Shown here piece after piece: positions 1-10,257 of a stretch of DNA of 57,075 nt; positions within the stretch are counted from its first letter, which is position 1, and every line of letters starts with the position of its first letter. Both the position numbers and the translations under genes were made by a program. The DNA comes from Trichomonas gallinae (lineage: Eukaryota). The notes beneath the pieces are model-generated. The model saw only the letters and a list, made by a program, of their open reading frames with translations. It did no database searches and was not told the DNA's origin. The stretch spans positions 1 through 57,075 of the forward strand of contig MRSU01005831.1 in assembly GCA_008369845.1 (NCBI GenBank). Reading direction: 5' to 3'.

Positions 1-358
1 ACATATACTAATATATTCATATGTATTAGCGATTTGAATTCCAATAAGGACGACGATAGCGAGGACGATAGACATCTATAAGTAAGAGAATCAATTCGTT
101 ATAAATTTCGAAAGTCGAAAATTTTAACGAGATCAAAAGTAATACAACAAAAATATGTATTGAGCTTCATGCAATTTAAAAATGATATATAATGGTTGTG
201 TAAATATTAAATATTGATATATTTTTCCATTATCATTGATATTTTATAAATTTTGATTATTTTGAGAAAATCGACTTTTGAGTTTGAAAAATGGTTTATG
301 ATGGCTAACAGAATAATGATGCTAATTTTTAACGAAAAATTTCAGAGGCCGTTTAAAA

Positions 359-1108
359 ATGTCTGCTGACGAAGAGAAGAAGCAACTGATCGAAAAAATC
401 ATGAAAAAGAAGGCCAGAAGGGATCTCATAAGAGAAACAGGAAAGAAAGATTTCGATATATTGACAAGAAAACTTGCTGAAGCGAGAGAATTAAAACAAA
501 AATTAACAGATCAAGAATATGGCGTTTTGGAAGGCATGACGGATGATAAAGCTCTTAAAGTTCTTCAGTTATCTAAAGAAGCAGAAAAATTAAGCGAAGA
601 ATACGAATCACTTAAAAGTCAATCGAAGAAAAACGAAGATAGCAAGAAAGCATTGCAAGAAGGAATGGTAACATTTGAAGATACAATCAAAATGCAACTC
701 AATTTATCAAATACAAACGAAATCATTCCAAAATTAAATTCTATGAAAGATTTACAGCAAAGGAAGCGCGATTTACAGATGAAGCTCATTAAATTGTCTG
801 AGGATAACCAATCTTCAACTAACATTGAAGATGGACCAACAGAAAAAGTTAGACAAGATGTTAGAGCAGAGATCGAGAATTTCGCAAGATCTGCACGAAC
901 AACGAATCCAGAACTTGCCCATTTACTAGCTGCATTACATAACACTCTTTATAGAGTAAATGGAAATCCAAATGAAGAGTATTTCGAAGTTCATGCAAGA
1001 AGTGTAGTATATCAATCACGAGCATACGGAAAAACCGCTCAAAATCCACCAATACAACAATCTACTCGTATTTCTGATAATCTCCCGCCAAATCCGCGCA
1101 ATTTTTAA
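359..1108 (+). CDS. Hypothetical coiled-coil protein (249 aa)
   Basis: ATG-to-TAA ORF, K/E/Q/L-rich heptad-like composition; no recognisable family motif. Confidence 0.75.
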   Translation: MSADEEKKQLIEKIMKKKARRDLIRETGKKDFDILTRKLAEARELKQKLTDQEYGVLEGMTDDKALKVLQLSKEAEKLSEEYESLKSQSKKNEDSKKALQEGMVTFEDTIKMQLNLSNTNEIIPKLNSMKDLQQRKRDLQMKLIKLSEDNQSSTNIEDGPTEKVRQDVRAEIENFARSARTTNPELAHLLAALHNTLYRVNGNPNEEYFEVHARSVVYQSRAYGKTAQNPPIQQSTRISDNLPPNPRNF

Positions 1109-1371
1109 GATATTTTTTATTACTCGATGTTTATAATAAACCATTATTTATTAGTAATACAACATTTTCAACTTTCTGTTGAAGAAAGCCAAAATTTGAA
1201 ATTAAAAATATGTATTACCATATGAATTAATGATATAGAATTTGAATTTTGAAAAATTATACGTGATTGAAGAAAATTTTAGTGCAAAAAATGTATTATA
1301 TCATATATAGGTTATAAATATAGAATATCAAGTGTAAAAACGATTTTTTTATCATAAAATTTTAAAATTTA

Positions 1372-3411
1372 ATGCGAAGAGTTCAAAATCAACGGCAATC
1401 GATAAAGAAACTTCCGTCATCTAAAACATTGCCGAGTGTTAAAAAGTCCCTCGCATCCACATCCTCTGTTCCTAAAGCTAAATACCCGATTTCACCGCCA
1501 AAAACGCCAGGAGATTCGTCAATTCGAATATCGAGAGTAAAATCAACAACGAAAGCACCTCCACTTAAGGCTGACATCATCGTTGTTAACGCAATCAATA
1601 ATGTTTTAAAGAATGAGCAAGGAAAATCATCATTCGTTCAAGTTTTTTCAGCTGCTCAAGAAATAGAAGACAACAATACGATATTAAAACTCTTTGAACA
1701 CCTCAAAGAACAAATTCGAGATGATTTAGATTTGATTCAAATTTATACTGTCGAAGATTTGATTGATCAGTATAACAAATTCAATAAAACTATATCGAAA
1801 GTACAAAGCTTCATGAAATTCCTCGGTTTGAAGAATTTACAAGATTCGAGAAATATGTTGCCAGCATGGAAGTATCAGCAAGAATTGGATAAGCACACAA
1901 ACAGATGTCTTCAAATAGGACGTGTTTTGTGGCTCGAGCGCGTTCATAAACGCGTTTTAGGAAATATTTCGAAAGAAATTAAAAATCTCTTCCAAAATCT
2001 TGTGAAAAATAACAATACTGAATCAAAATCTGTTGTTCAGCAGCTATATACAATGTTCAAAGACCTAGGCTTGGATTATATAGAATCTGTATCAGAATTA
2101 TTTAATATGATCTATATATCTGAGCACAAAGATAAATCACCAAGTGAAAAGCTAAAATTCTTGATGGATGACATCACAAGACTATCGGAGATATTCCCTA
2201 TGGACAGATTGCAAGAATTAATGTTTATTAATCATCTTGATGACTTTTTAGATCCTTTACTAAAGAATCGTGATGATAAACTGCTTCCAAAGGTCAGTTC
2301 ATTCCTCTGTCCATCAACAGTTGCAGAATATTCGAAGAAAGTTGTGGAATTCATGGAAACTCTTCAGCCACCAATTGATTTCTTCTCTCTTTCAGAGTTT
2401 CTCAGGTATTTTTCTTCTATCATTCCCAATTCCCTTCCAGTTCGAAAATACGTCGGCGCGCACATCAACAAGACGTCGACAAACTTCCCTTCTTCGCTTG
2501 CTTTCGTTTTCTTCGCACACATAGAGATGACAGTCAATCTTCAGCCTCTCGCAAATCTCGTTCCGCTATATACTACGCCAGATGATGTTTACGACGAAAT
2601 CAACAAAGCTTTAATGAGGAGATTGCTGCAAAAGAGATCAAATGATTTGACTTTGGAAAGGAAACTTGTTGAAGACTTAAAACCTGTTTTAGGCAGAGAT
2701 GCTTTGAGAGAAACTTCCTTGATTTTGAATGACTTCAAATGCCAGAACAATCTGATGCTCGTTTGCAAGTCTTTGTGGCAAAATATCATTCCAGAAGACA
2801 AAATCAAGATTCCTGTTGAAATAGAGAAAGACATCATTCACTCTGCATCAAAATTCATCAAAAGTTACCAAAAATTGAGTATTTCTGGTTTGTATTCGAC
2901 AGTTGTTGTTTCTGCCATGTACGAGAAGGAAGAGAAAACAATAACGATGTCGGTACTTCAGTACAACATCATCAAAATGGTTGAGGCAGGAATCCTGCAA
3001 CTCGCTGAACTTGGAGCAACGAAAGAACAAATTAAATCTGCACTAGGGCCATTAAAGAAGGCGAAAATCTTAGCGAAAGTGCCTGGAGGATTCGCTATTT
3101 CTAAAAGCCCGGTGGCAGGAAAACGCCTGAATGTCTACGAATCAGTAACAAAACAGAAACAGAAAAAGCCGAAGAAAGAGCAAGAAAAACCAGTCGAACA
3201 CTTCGAAGGTGTAAAAGCAGCGATCGTAAAGATCATGAAAAACGAAAAGAAATTATCAAGACAGGCTCTCAAAAAAGGTATTGTGCAGCTTACTGAGAAA
3301 CTGTTCGAAACATGGGATGATGAAATGGAAAGAGCCATCAAAGCTTTAATTATGGATAGTTATCTAAGTGTTGACAAAAATGACGAAAGCATTCTTCATT
3401 ATGTAACATAA
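1372..3411 (+). CDS. Divergent cullin-family protein
   Basis: C-terminal 'VKAAIVKIMKNEKKLS...AIKALIMDSYLSVDKNDESILHYVT' matches the cullin neddylation winged-helix domain (AAIVRIMK...LI..EYL.R....Y). 'LMRRLLQKRSNDLTLERKLVEDLK' matches the cullin homology region. The N-terminal extension is basic and S/P-rich. Confidence 0.85.
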   Translation: MRRVQNQRQSIKKLPSSKTLPSVKKSLASTSSVPKAKYPISPPKTPGDSSIRISRVKSTTKAPPLKADIIVVNAINNVLKNEQGKSSFVQVFSAAQEIEDNNTILKLFEHLKEQIRDDLDLIQIYTVEDLIDQYNKFNKTISKVQSFMKFLGLKNLQDSRNMLPAWKYQQELDKHTNRCLQIGRVLWLERVHKRVLGNISKEIKNLFQNLVKNNNTESKSVVQQLYTMFKDLGLDYIESVSELFNMIYISEHKDKSPSEKLKFLMDDITRLSEIFPMDRLQELMFINHLDDFLDPLLKNRDDKLLPKVSSFLCPSTVAEYSKKVVEFMETLQPPIDFFSLSEFLRYFSSIIPNSLPVRKYVGAHINKTSTNFPSSLAFVFFAHIEMTVNLQPLANLVPLYTTPDDVYDEINKALMRRLLQKRSNDLTLERKLVEDLKPVLGRDALRETSLILNDFKCQNNLMLVCKSLWQNIIPEDKIKIPVEIEKDIIHSASKFIKSYQKLSISGLYSTVVVSAMYEKEEKTITMSVLQYNIIKMVEAGILQLAELGATKEQIKSALGPLKKAKILAKVPGGFAISKSPVAGKRLNVYESVTKQKQKKPKKEQEKPVEHFEGVKAAIVKIMKNEKKLSRQALKKGIVQLTEKLFETWDDEMERAIKALIMDSYLSVDKNDESILHYVT

Positions 3412-3639
3412 TCTTTTTATCATGAAATTTGTTTGTTTGTTTATGTAAAAATCATGTATTATTTTGGATTTCAAATTTTTAATCACTAATCTTTATGAAA
3501 CAATCAATACATTTTTTTAATATTCTAAAATATGCAATTTCGCGTTAATGATTAAAATCTTACTAATTTATTAACAAATTATGCAATAATACATCTATTT
3601 CATAAAAATTATTAATTTGATTAATATTAGCAAAAAAAA

Positions 3640-6600
3640 TTATTCCTTATCATTGATGTTGAGTCTATTTGCATCTTCTTTTTTGATGACTGAGTATTGA
3701 TGATCATTGTCATTCTTGATTGTGAGATCGTAATAATACCTCAACCCCAACGCCAGATTAATCCTAGACGCAAAATCGCCCGAGTGAGTGATCAAGAATA
3801 ATTGAACATTCATGTTTCCTGTTTTTGTCCTTTCCCTAAACAGTTTGGCGACAAGAGAAGCAAAAGCATATATCTTGTGAAAGTCTAAGTTTGCAGTTGG
3901 TTCATCGAAAGCTACCATGCAGCACTTCGGTGAAAATGCTTGCGCCAGTGCAATTCTGATGATTAAGCTTGCCAAGACTTTCTGTCCTTCACTGCATCTC
4001 AGCTGCATGTCGACATCCTTGTTGAGTCTTCGCATCTTGACTGAATACCTGAAGCTGACACGCGCCTTTTTGCTATCATCCTTAGGTGACTCAGCTTCCG
4101 CATTGATGTAGATGTTGTCGATATCCATCTGCGATCCTGTATCCTGCCACAGGACTTGAATGTATTGATTGATTTCCTCAATCTTCCTCTTATGGTATTT
4201 AATGATAGTCTCATCTAATGTCTTCTTATAATGATCAAGATCGGAAATAGCCATTTCAAGCGCAGCAATTTCCACTGTTTTCTTGTTAAGTTCTGTAAGC
4301 GTATCTGCATAACCCTTTGAATATTCATTTTCCGCACGAAGTTGACTTTCGCGTTCTTTTTTCTCTGTTGACTTCTCAACAAGACTTATTCTAATTTTGT
4401 TGAGTTTTTCTTTGTCAGTGGCGAAATTTTGAATATCTTCATCTGATGCATATTTTTCTTTTTGAGATTCAAAAGCTTCCTTTTCGTGAAGCTTTTCTTG
4501 GTAACTTTTATTATATTGGTGGTATTTTATCATTTCTTCTATTGAATTTAACTCTGCCTTGGATTTATCCTGATCATTCTTAAATCTATTCAATGTCTCT
4601 TCATGTTTTTCCCTTTGTTGTTTATTCATTTCCAATTTACTTTCGATTTCTTTGATGTCCTTCTTCAGTTGTTTTACTTGTTCGATGGTCTTTTCCTGTG
4701 ATGATGATTTAATTACTTCGGAGCTCTTTTTAAGATCATCAACACGCTTCCCCATGATGAGCTTTTTATCTTTCAATTGCTGATATTCGTTTTGAACTTT
4801 ATCTCGTTTGGAATTCAATTCTTTAACTTTTAATTTGTAATTGGCTTCGCATTCATTGAATTTTTTGTCTATGTCTTTAAAGTCATTATTCAGTTCATTC
4901 ATTGATTCGATGTGCTCCAATTTGCTTCCACGCAGCTCGTTCAACTTCGCTAAATTTTCAGAATAATCTTTATAGGTTTTCTCAGTATCTGAATATTTCA
5001 TTTTGAGTTCGTTTTCCCTTGTCATTGCTTGTGATTGTTCATCCATAAGCTTGCTTCGTTCACTTTGAAGATTGGCCTTTCTGTCTTCTTTTTCACTTTT
5101 TTCGTTAATAACTTCGTTTTTCTTCCGCAATGAAGGATTAAGCTTTGCTTTCAAATTGTTAATTTCATTCAGTTCCGCAGCTATGTCATCATTTAATTCA
5201 TTAATCTTCTTCCCAAGTAATTTTGCTTCATCCATAATATCTTTGTTAACTTGACATTCATGGAGATTTGACTTCAAGCGAATTAATTCGTTTTTACCGA
5301 TTTCGATTTCACTTTTTAGATTTTGTATTTCTTTTTCTCTTGTTGGGATGATATTATTGAAGTTCTGAAGCTCAACCCAATCTGAATGAATGCCTTCGAC
5401 TGATTCAAGTTTCTGCTTGACTTCGATTTCTTTCTCTTTAAGTGCTTTGATTTTATCAGGAATTCCATCGAGAACGGACTTAATTTGCTCTGTAATGAAT
5501 TCGTCCCTTTCAGCAATCGATTCGAATTTACGCTTACAAAGAGGACATTGACATTTTTCTTCCTTTGCCTCATCGAGGAAACCTCGGAATATTGATTCTG
5601 ATTTTTCAGTCTTCGAGAGATCATTCGTGCATCTCTGCAACTCATCTTTGAGTTTATTGACGACATCATCATAATTTTCATCACAAAGGATTTGGATTTT
5701 GTCTAACTTTTTGTTGCGTTCATTTATCAAATTTGTAAGATCTTTTTCTTTTGATTTCAAATCGTTGGAAATGATATCAACATCTTTATCCTTCTTTCTC
5801 ATTTCGACATCTGCTGCTTGGAATGCTATATCACAATTTTTGGATTCATAAGATACAATGTTTAGTGCATTTTTGGAATCTATTGTAATATTTTTCATTT
5901 TCTCACGCAATTCTTTGAGTTTTGAATCAAGAGTTAATTGGGCTTTTGCCAGGATGTTTTCGTGTTCAGAGATTGCTCTTTCTGTTGTATCTTGTTCTTC
6001 GTATTTCTTCAAAATATCTCTGATGTGATTGAGATCTTCATCTATGCTCTTGGTATCTTCGGCATTCTTTTCAATCTTTTGCTTGATCGATTCAACAGAT
6101 CTTTCAGATTGCTTCTCTTTTGCGAGCTCATTCTCGGCTGCCTTAAATTCATCTAGTTTATGCTGGCATTCTTTTTCATTGTACGACTCTAGATTTTGAA
6201 TTTGAGATTCGATTGACTCTAATTCAAGTTTTTTGGCATCTATTTTACTTTGTTGTTCTTTTTTCTTTCTTTGGAGAGTATTCATGCTTATTTTATATGA
6301 TTCTTCTTCGTTTTTGAGTGATTGTTCCAAATCATATTTTTCCTTCGATATTTCGTCGAATTTATTAACAATTTCTTTGTATGCACCATCATAGTCATTT
6401 GTGTTGTAGTTATTTTCGAATTCTGTGATCAATTCCTGAAAGTTTGTAATATGATATTCAAGGACCTTTATGGAGTCTAAGCTTTTAGATAACATATTGT
6501 TCTTGTCAGATAGATTTTTATCCAGATCCTTGCGTTCTTTGTTATTCTTATCTAATAATTGGTTATAAAGATTAATATTCTCCTCTGATGATTGGATCTC

Positions 6601-7530
6601 TTCTTTAAGGGTCTGTTTTTTCGATTCACAATCATCAAGTGGAATAATAGTGCCATTTATCTTCTGCCCTTGTTCATCTTTGATCTTCTTTTGGAATTGA
6701 ATTTCATTATCGATTTTATCAATTTCCTTCTGCAATTTATCAATGAGTGTCTTCTTTTCTTCGATTTGTTTAATCTTAGATTCTAATATTTTCATTTTTT
6801 CATCAAATTTTGTGATCTGATCTTGTAATTCATTGACTTCCTTTGTTAATTCATCTGCACGTTTGCGGTGACCACTACAGATCTCATATTTTTCTGATAA
6901 GTGCGTCTGATCCTTTATGGTATCTCCTAATTTCTTCTTAATAGCTTTTACACGATCATTAATAGCCACAACAGCTTTATTGTACTTATCTGAGCCAAAT
7001 ATTTCATCAAATCTCTTCTTTAAATCAGCAGATTTAAATTCAATGGGCCACGTTTGGTCGGCTTGGCGGCAAAAGATAACGTATTCGAGGATAGGCTTTG
7101 GTATTCCGAGTAAAACAGGTATTTTTCGGTTAATATTATCGGAAATTGTATCAATTGGTGTGGTATCTTGATATAATGTTGTAATCTTCGTTTGGCATTT
7201 TGCACCTTCTATAGTTTTGGTTTTGTCTACTTGTGCAACGCGTTTGACTGTGTATGTTTTGCCATCTATTCCTAAAAATGTTAAACTTACTTCTGGAGTG
7301 ATTTGCTTTGCATTTAACATATTTAGATCGTAAAAGAAGCTTGAATTGATCTTTTCTGTTGTACATGATCCTGTTAAAGCGTATTTAATGCTTTCGATAA
7401 TAGTTGATTTACCAGAACCATTGCGCCCAGTGATCAAAATAACCTGATCATCAAAGTCAATTGACTGCTTCCCAGCTGTCGGACTGAACAGTCTGACACC
7501 AGAAATCTCCATCTTCAATAATTTCGACAT
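3640..7530 (-). CDS. RAD50: DNA repair protein Rad50 (SMC-like ATPase)
   Basis: Walker A 'ITGRNGSGKSTIIESIKYALTG', 'YVIFCRQ' Q-loop, long coiled coils with central zinc hook 'CPLC', signature 'CSEGQKVLASLIIRIALA', Walker B/D-loop 'FDEPTANLD' and 'LITH'. Start placed at MSKLLKMEISG (7530) rather than 7575, because it matches Rad50 N-termini and follows an AAAGTGAC motif. Confidence 0.96.
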   Translation of the reverse strand: MSKLLKMEISGVRLFSPTAGKQSIDFDDQVILITGRNGSGKSTIIESIKYALTGSCTTEKINSSFFYDLNMLNAKQITPEVSLTFLGIDGKTYTVKRVAQVDKTKTIEGAKCQTKITTLYQDTTPIDTISDNINRKIPVLLGIPKPILEYVIFCRQADQTWPIEFKSADLKKRFDEIFGSDKYNKAVVAINDRVKAIKKKLGDTIKDQTHLSEKYEICSGHRKRADELTKEVNELQDQITKFDEKMKILESKIKQIEEKKTLIDKLQKEIDKIDNEIQFQKKIKDEQGQKINGTIIPLDDCESKKQTLKEEIQSSEENINLYNQLLDKNNKERKDLDKNLSDKNNMLSKSLDSIKVLEYHITNFQELITEFENNYNTNDYDGAYKEIVNKFDEISKEKYDLEQSLKNEEESYKISMNTLQRKKKEQQSKIDAKKLELESIESQIQNLESYNEKECQHKLDEFKAAENELAKEKQSERSVESIKQKIEKNAEDTKSIDEDLNHIRDILKKYEEQDTTERAISEHENILAKAQLTLDSKLKELREKMKNITIDSKNALNIVSYESKNCDIAFQAADVEMRKKDKDVDIISNDLKSKEKDLTNLINERNKKLDKIQILCDENYDDVVNKLKDELQRCTNDLSKTEKSESIFRGFLDEAKEEKCQCPLCKRKFESIAERDEFITEQIKSVLDGIPDKIKALKEKEIEVKQKLESVEGIHSDWVELQNFNNIIPTREKEIQNLKSEIEIGKNELIRLKSNLHECQVNKDIMDEAKLLGKKINELNDDIAAELNEINNLKAKLNPSLRKKNEVINEKSEKEDRKANLQSERSKLMDEQSQAMTRENELKMKYSDTEKTYKDYSENLAKLNELRGSKLEHIESMNELNNDFKDIDKKFNECEANYKLKVKELNSKRDKVQNEYQQLKDKKLIMGKRVDDLKKSSEVIKSSSQEKTIEQVKQLKKDIKEIESKLEMNKQQREKHEETLNRFKNDQDKSKAELNSIEEMIKYHQYNKSYQEKLHEKEAFESQKEKYASDEDIQNFATDKEKLNKIRISLVEKSTEKKERESQLRAENEYSKGYADTLTELNKKTVEIAALEMAISDLDHYKKTLDETIIKYHKRKIEEINQYIQVLWQDTGSQMDIDNIYINAEAESPKDDSKKARVSFRYSVKMRRLNKDVDMQLRCSEGQKVLASLIIRIALAQAFSPKCCMVAFDEPTANLDFHKIYAFASLVAKLFRERTKTGNMNVQLFLITHSGDFASRINLALGLRYYYDLTIKNDNDHQYSVIKKEDANRLNINDKE

Positions 7531-7540
7531 TTTTAAAATT

Positions 7541-7554
7541 GTGTCACTTTTACG
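7541..7554 (-). promoter_or_regulatory. AAAGTGAC-type upstream motif (CGTAAAAGTGACAC on the minus strand) just upstream of the RAD50 ATG
   Basis: Seen directly. The identical 14-mer occurs at 25080-25093 upstream of the talin-like gene. AAAGTGAC is recalled as an over-represented trichomonad core-promoter motif. Confidence 0.55.
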
Positions 7555-7758
7555 AGGAAGTTCCCTATCTTTCATTTTCGTAAAACTTCATTTCATTTTG
7601 TTTTTTTGGATCTCACAGAATAATTGAAGCTAATTTCACTAAAATCTCATTTTGCTTTTTAGTAATTTTTTTTGATTTCTGGAAGAAATTTTAGAAAATT
7701 AAAAAAATACATATGATGTAACGGATTCATATATGTGTTCATATAGAAAGCTACGTAT

Positions 7759-8038
7759 GCAGCAATTCCAGTGTTACTCAACATCAAACTAAAATCCGTA
7801 TACGCATTTGGCGGCTAAACGCGCATTTGACGGCTAGCTCTCAGTTTTATTTTCGACTAAAATTGATACCCCTCGGAAGAACATACTATGGTAGTTCTAT
7901 AAATGGTATCAAAATCCGTTTTAACTTATATATGGTTTTTTAGATTTGTCAATATAAGTAGATATCGTAGAATTAATCTCAGTCTCCAAATTAACTAAAA
8001 CGTATTTTTTTACAAATTTTATCAACTGGAATTGTTGC
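7759..8038. mobile_element. MITE-like ~280 bp element with imperfect 14-bp terminal inverted repeats
   Basis: GCAGCAATTCCAGT (7759-7772) and ACTGGAATTGTTGC (8025-8038) are reverse complements at 13/14 positions. The interior is similar to 52192-52420. No ORF and no clear target-site duplication. Confidence 0.5.
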
Positions 8039-8787
8039 GATGTGCGAATTATCACTTTTTATCAACGAGAGAAATCAAATATATCGAACAGGCGATATGC
8101 GAAGCACAATCCTCTTAAAATATCTGAAGTTTTGGATGCAAGTACATGAAACCTAAAAGATGAAGCCTCATAACATGCCATATATCTATGCTCAATGCGC
8201 TATAAAGTGTGGTGTTTTCATTGTTTGATTTAGACTAATATTGAGGAAATTTGTCAGAACAAAACGTGATAATCTATAAGAGATTACATTTTATTGCATA
8301 CCGATAAGGTATATTTTATCTGTACATTAATATTAATATTGATAGACTATACATTAATATTAACATTGACTTGCATTGGTGATTGCTATGATATTGATAG
8401 ACTATAATGACTATAATTTATTTTTCACAAAATTATCTCAAATTGAAATGATTATTTTTTTATCAGATAACATACTCCATTACTAGTTATTTCCAATTTT
8501 AGTTACAAAATTAATATATTGATTATTTAAACGTATGGCGATTAAGGAATGTTTAATTTTGCTAATACACAGCTCTATGTCATGGATAAAGTCTAAATTA
8601 CCAAGGATGAAGGGAAAAATTTCGGAACTCAAAACTTGATTGATTTTTTTTTAATTGCAATTGTCAGTTTTCTCCATGACAATAGCTAAAGTTATGGCAG
8701 AAGAACATATATGTCGAAAATCGGAAAACTTTATTGTAAAAACTAATTTTTTACTTTTTCTTGAGTCTAAAATTTTTCTAGATAAAA

Positions 8788-9837
8788 ATGAGTGAGCCTG
8801 ATCATGAACTGCAAGCAAAGAAAAAAGTCAGGTTTGCTCCGATGCCTCAGTCACGCCCTTCACTTCATCTGAATGATGACGCGAGTTACAGAAATAATTT
8901 AAATCAGCCAAGCAAGCCAGAACCAAAGAAAGATGATGATGATAGCTTCCACAGCGACTCCGAATCTTCTGAACAGAAAGAGGTGCCAAAAGAAATAGAA
9001 GAGGCTAAAAAAGAATGGAATCAAGTCGAAAGTCAGCAGAATCAGCTAAATCAAGATATACCATCAGAGCGTGGTGTTGGAGGCACGACAATTGACCGTT
9101 CTTCAACAATCACATACTACGATGCATCGATATATCTTTGTGATCAGTCGGAGAAAGTGAGTTGCATGATTCCTGAGATCAAGTTTTCATCTAAAACATG
9201 TTTCTGCTTTCCAAAGAAGCCTTCTCAGGGCGCTTTGAAAGCTTTTGGCCACGCATACAGATTATGTAAACTCGAGTTCAATGAAGGAGATTTAACTCAT
9301 CACAGAATACTCACTAGCCTTCACGTAAGCCTTACAGGCATTACTACACCCCCATTACGCATAGGTCCTCATTGGGAAGATGTTGGTTTCCAATCAACAG
9401 ATCCTATCAAAGACCTCCGTGGCTCTGGTATGCTCGGTTTATTACTTCCTTTAGGTATGTTCGCTAAATTTAAGGCATTTAGCAATCGTGTCATTAAAAT
9501 TTCTCGCGGTGATTCTCCATTCCCGCTAATGGTTGTACTTATTGTCTACACAAAGGATACTGTAAATGCTGCAGAATCGACAGATCTGTTAGATGGTGCT
9601 AGCACACCAGAAGAAGCTTGGAAGAAAATGCTTTTATACTTCGCAGGCCTCGTCAATATGCTTATTACAGATTGGGTGCGTGATTTCTTATCGTTTGGAA
9701 CTGATTTTAATCATTTTAATGTAGTTGCAGCTCGTGCAAGAACATCACCCCTTGAAGCACTCAGATGGGGCGAGAAAGCTGAGCATGAAGATGATGCTGT
9801 ACAAAAGCCTCAACTTGAAGATGCAGATCAAGTATAA
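8788..9837 (+). CDS. ELMO/CED-12 domain protein (ELMOD-like, putative Arf/Arl GAP)
   Basis: 'HWEDVGFQSTDPIKDLRGSGMLGL' matches the ELMO-domain signature W..iGFQ..DP..DfRg.G.LgL, with the conserved Arg retained. The N-terminus is acidic and disordered. Confidence 0.9.
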   Translation: MSEPDHELQAKKKVRFAPMPQSRPSLHLNDDASYRNNLNQPSKPEPKKDDDDSFHSDSESSEQKEVPKEIEEAKKEWNQVESQQNQLNQDIPSERGVGGTTIDRSSTITYYDASIYLCDQSEKVSCMIPEIKFSSKTCFCFPKKPSQGALKAFGHAYRLCKLEFNEGDLTHHRILTSLHVSLTGITTPPLRIGPHWEDVGFQSTDPIKDLRGSGMLGLLLPLGMFAKFKAFSNRVIKISRGDSPFPLMVVLIVYTKDTVNAAESTDLLDGASTPEEAWKKMLLYFAGLVNMLITDWVRDFLSFGTDFNHFNVVAARARTSPLEALRWGEKAEHEDDAVQKPQLEDADQV

Positions 9838-10212
9838 TTTTATCTTTTTCTAATTTTTTGTTTCATATATAATTTGTTTCTTTGTAAATTGACTTTTTAG
9901 AGAATACAGAATTTATAGGAAATCAAAAAAATTATATTCGAAAATATTTTACCCTATTCTCATGCTATAAACCAAATAATGCAACAAAATACTATATGGC
10001 TTAATACCATCAAAAGTATAGATAAATTTTCTGATCATATGAAGAAAAATGCAAATAATTTTAATATTTATCATCGAGTTGTCATTATTGAAGTCAAATA
10101 TCCAATCTAATATGAGTCTATTGCTCAATTTGGTATTGTTATGACTTGATATCATACAAATGTAAAGAATGCATTTTTAAACGTGCATTTTATCCAATAT
10201 TATGACAAAATT

Positions 10213-10248
10213 AAATTATGACATGTAATATTTTACATGTCATAATTT
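10213..10248. promoter_or_regulatory. Perfect 16-bp inverted repeat (AAATTATGACATGTAA-tatt-TTACATGTCATAATTT) just upstream of the WD40 ATG
   Basis: Arms 10213-10228 and 10233-10248 are exact reverse complements. The regulatory role is inferred from position only. Confidence 0.6.
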
Positions 10249-10257
10249 TTATTGCTC

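Noticed and set aside
7531..7575. ORF-track N-terminal extensions (RAD50 7575; also 10252, 12404, 22972, 46305, 47744, 51957)
   Set aside because: These either begin at non-ATG codons or run through AT-rich promoter motifs. The downstream ATGs match family N-termini and promoter spacing better.
8323..8410. Small local duplications (TACATTAATATTAA x2; ATATTGATAGACTATA x2)
   Set aside because: Short AT-rich slippage-type duplications with no evidence of function.
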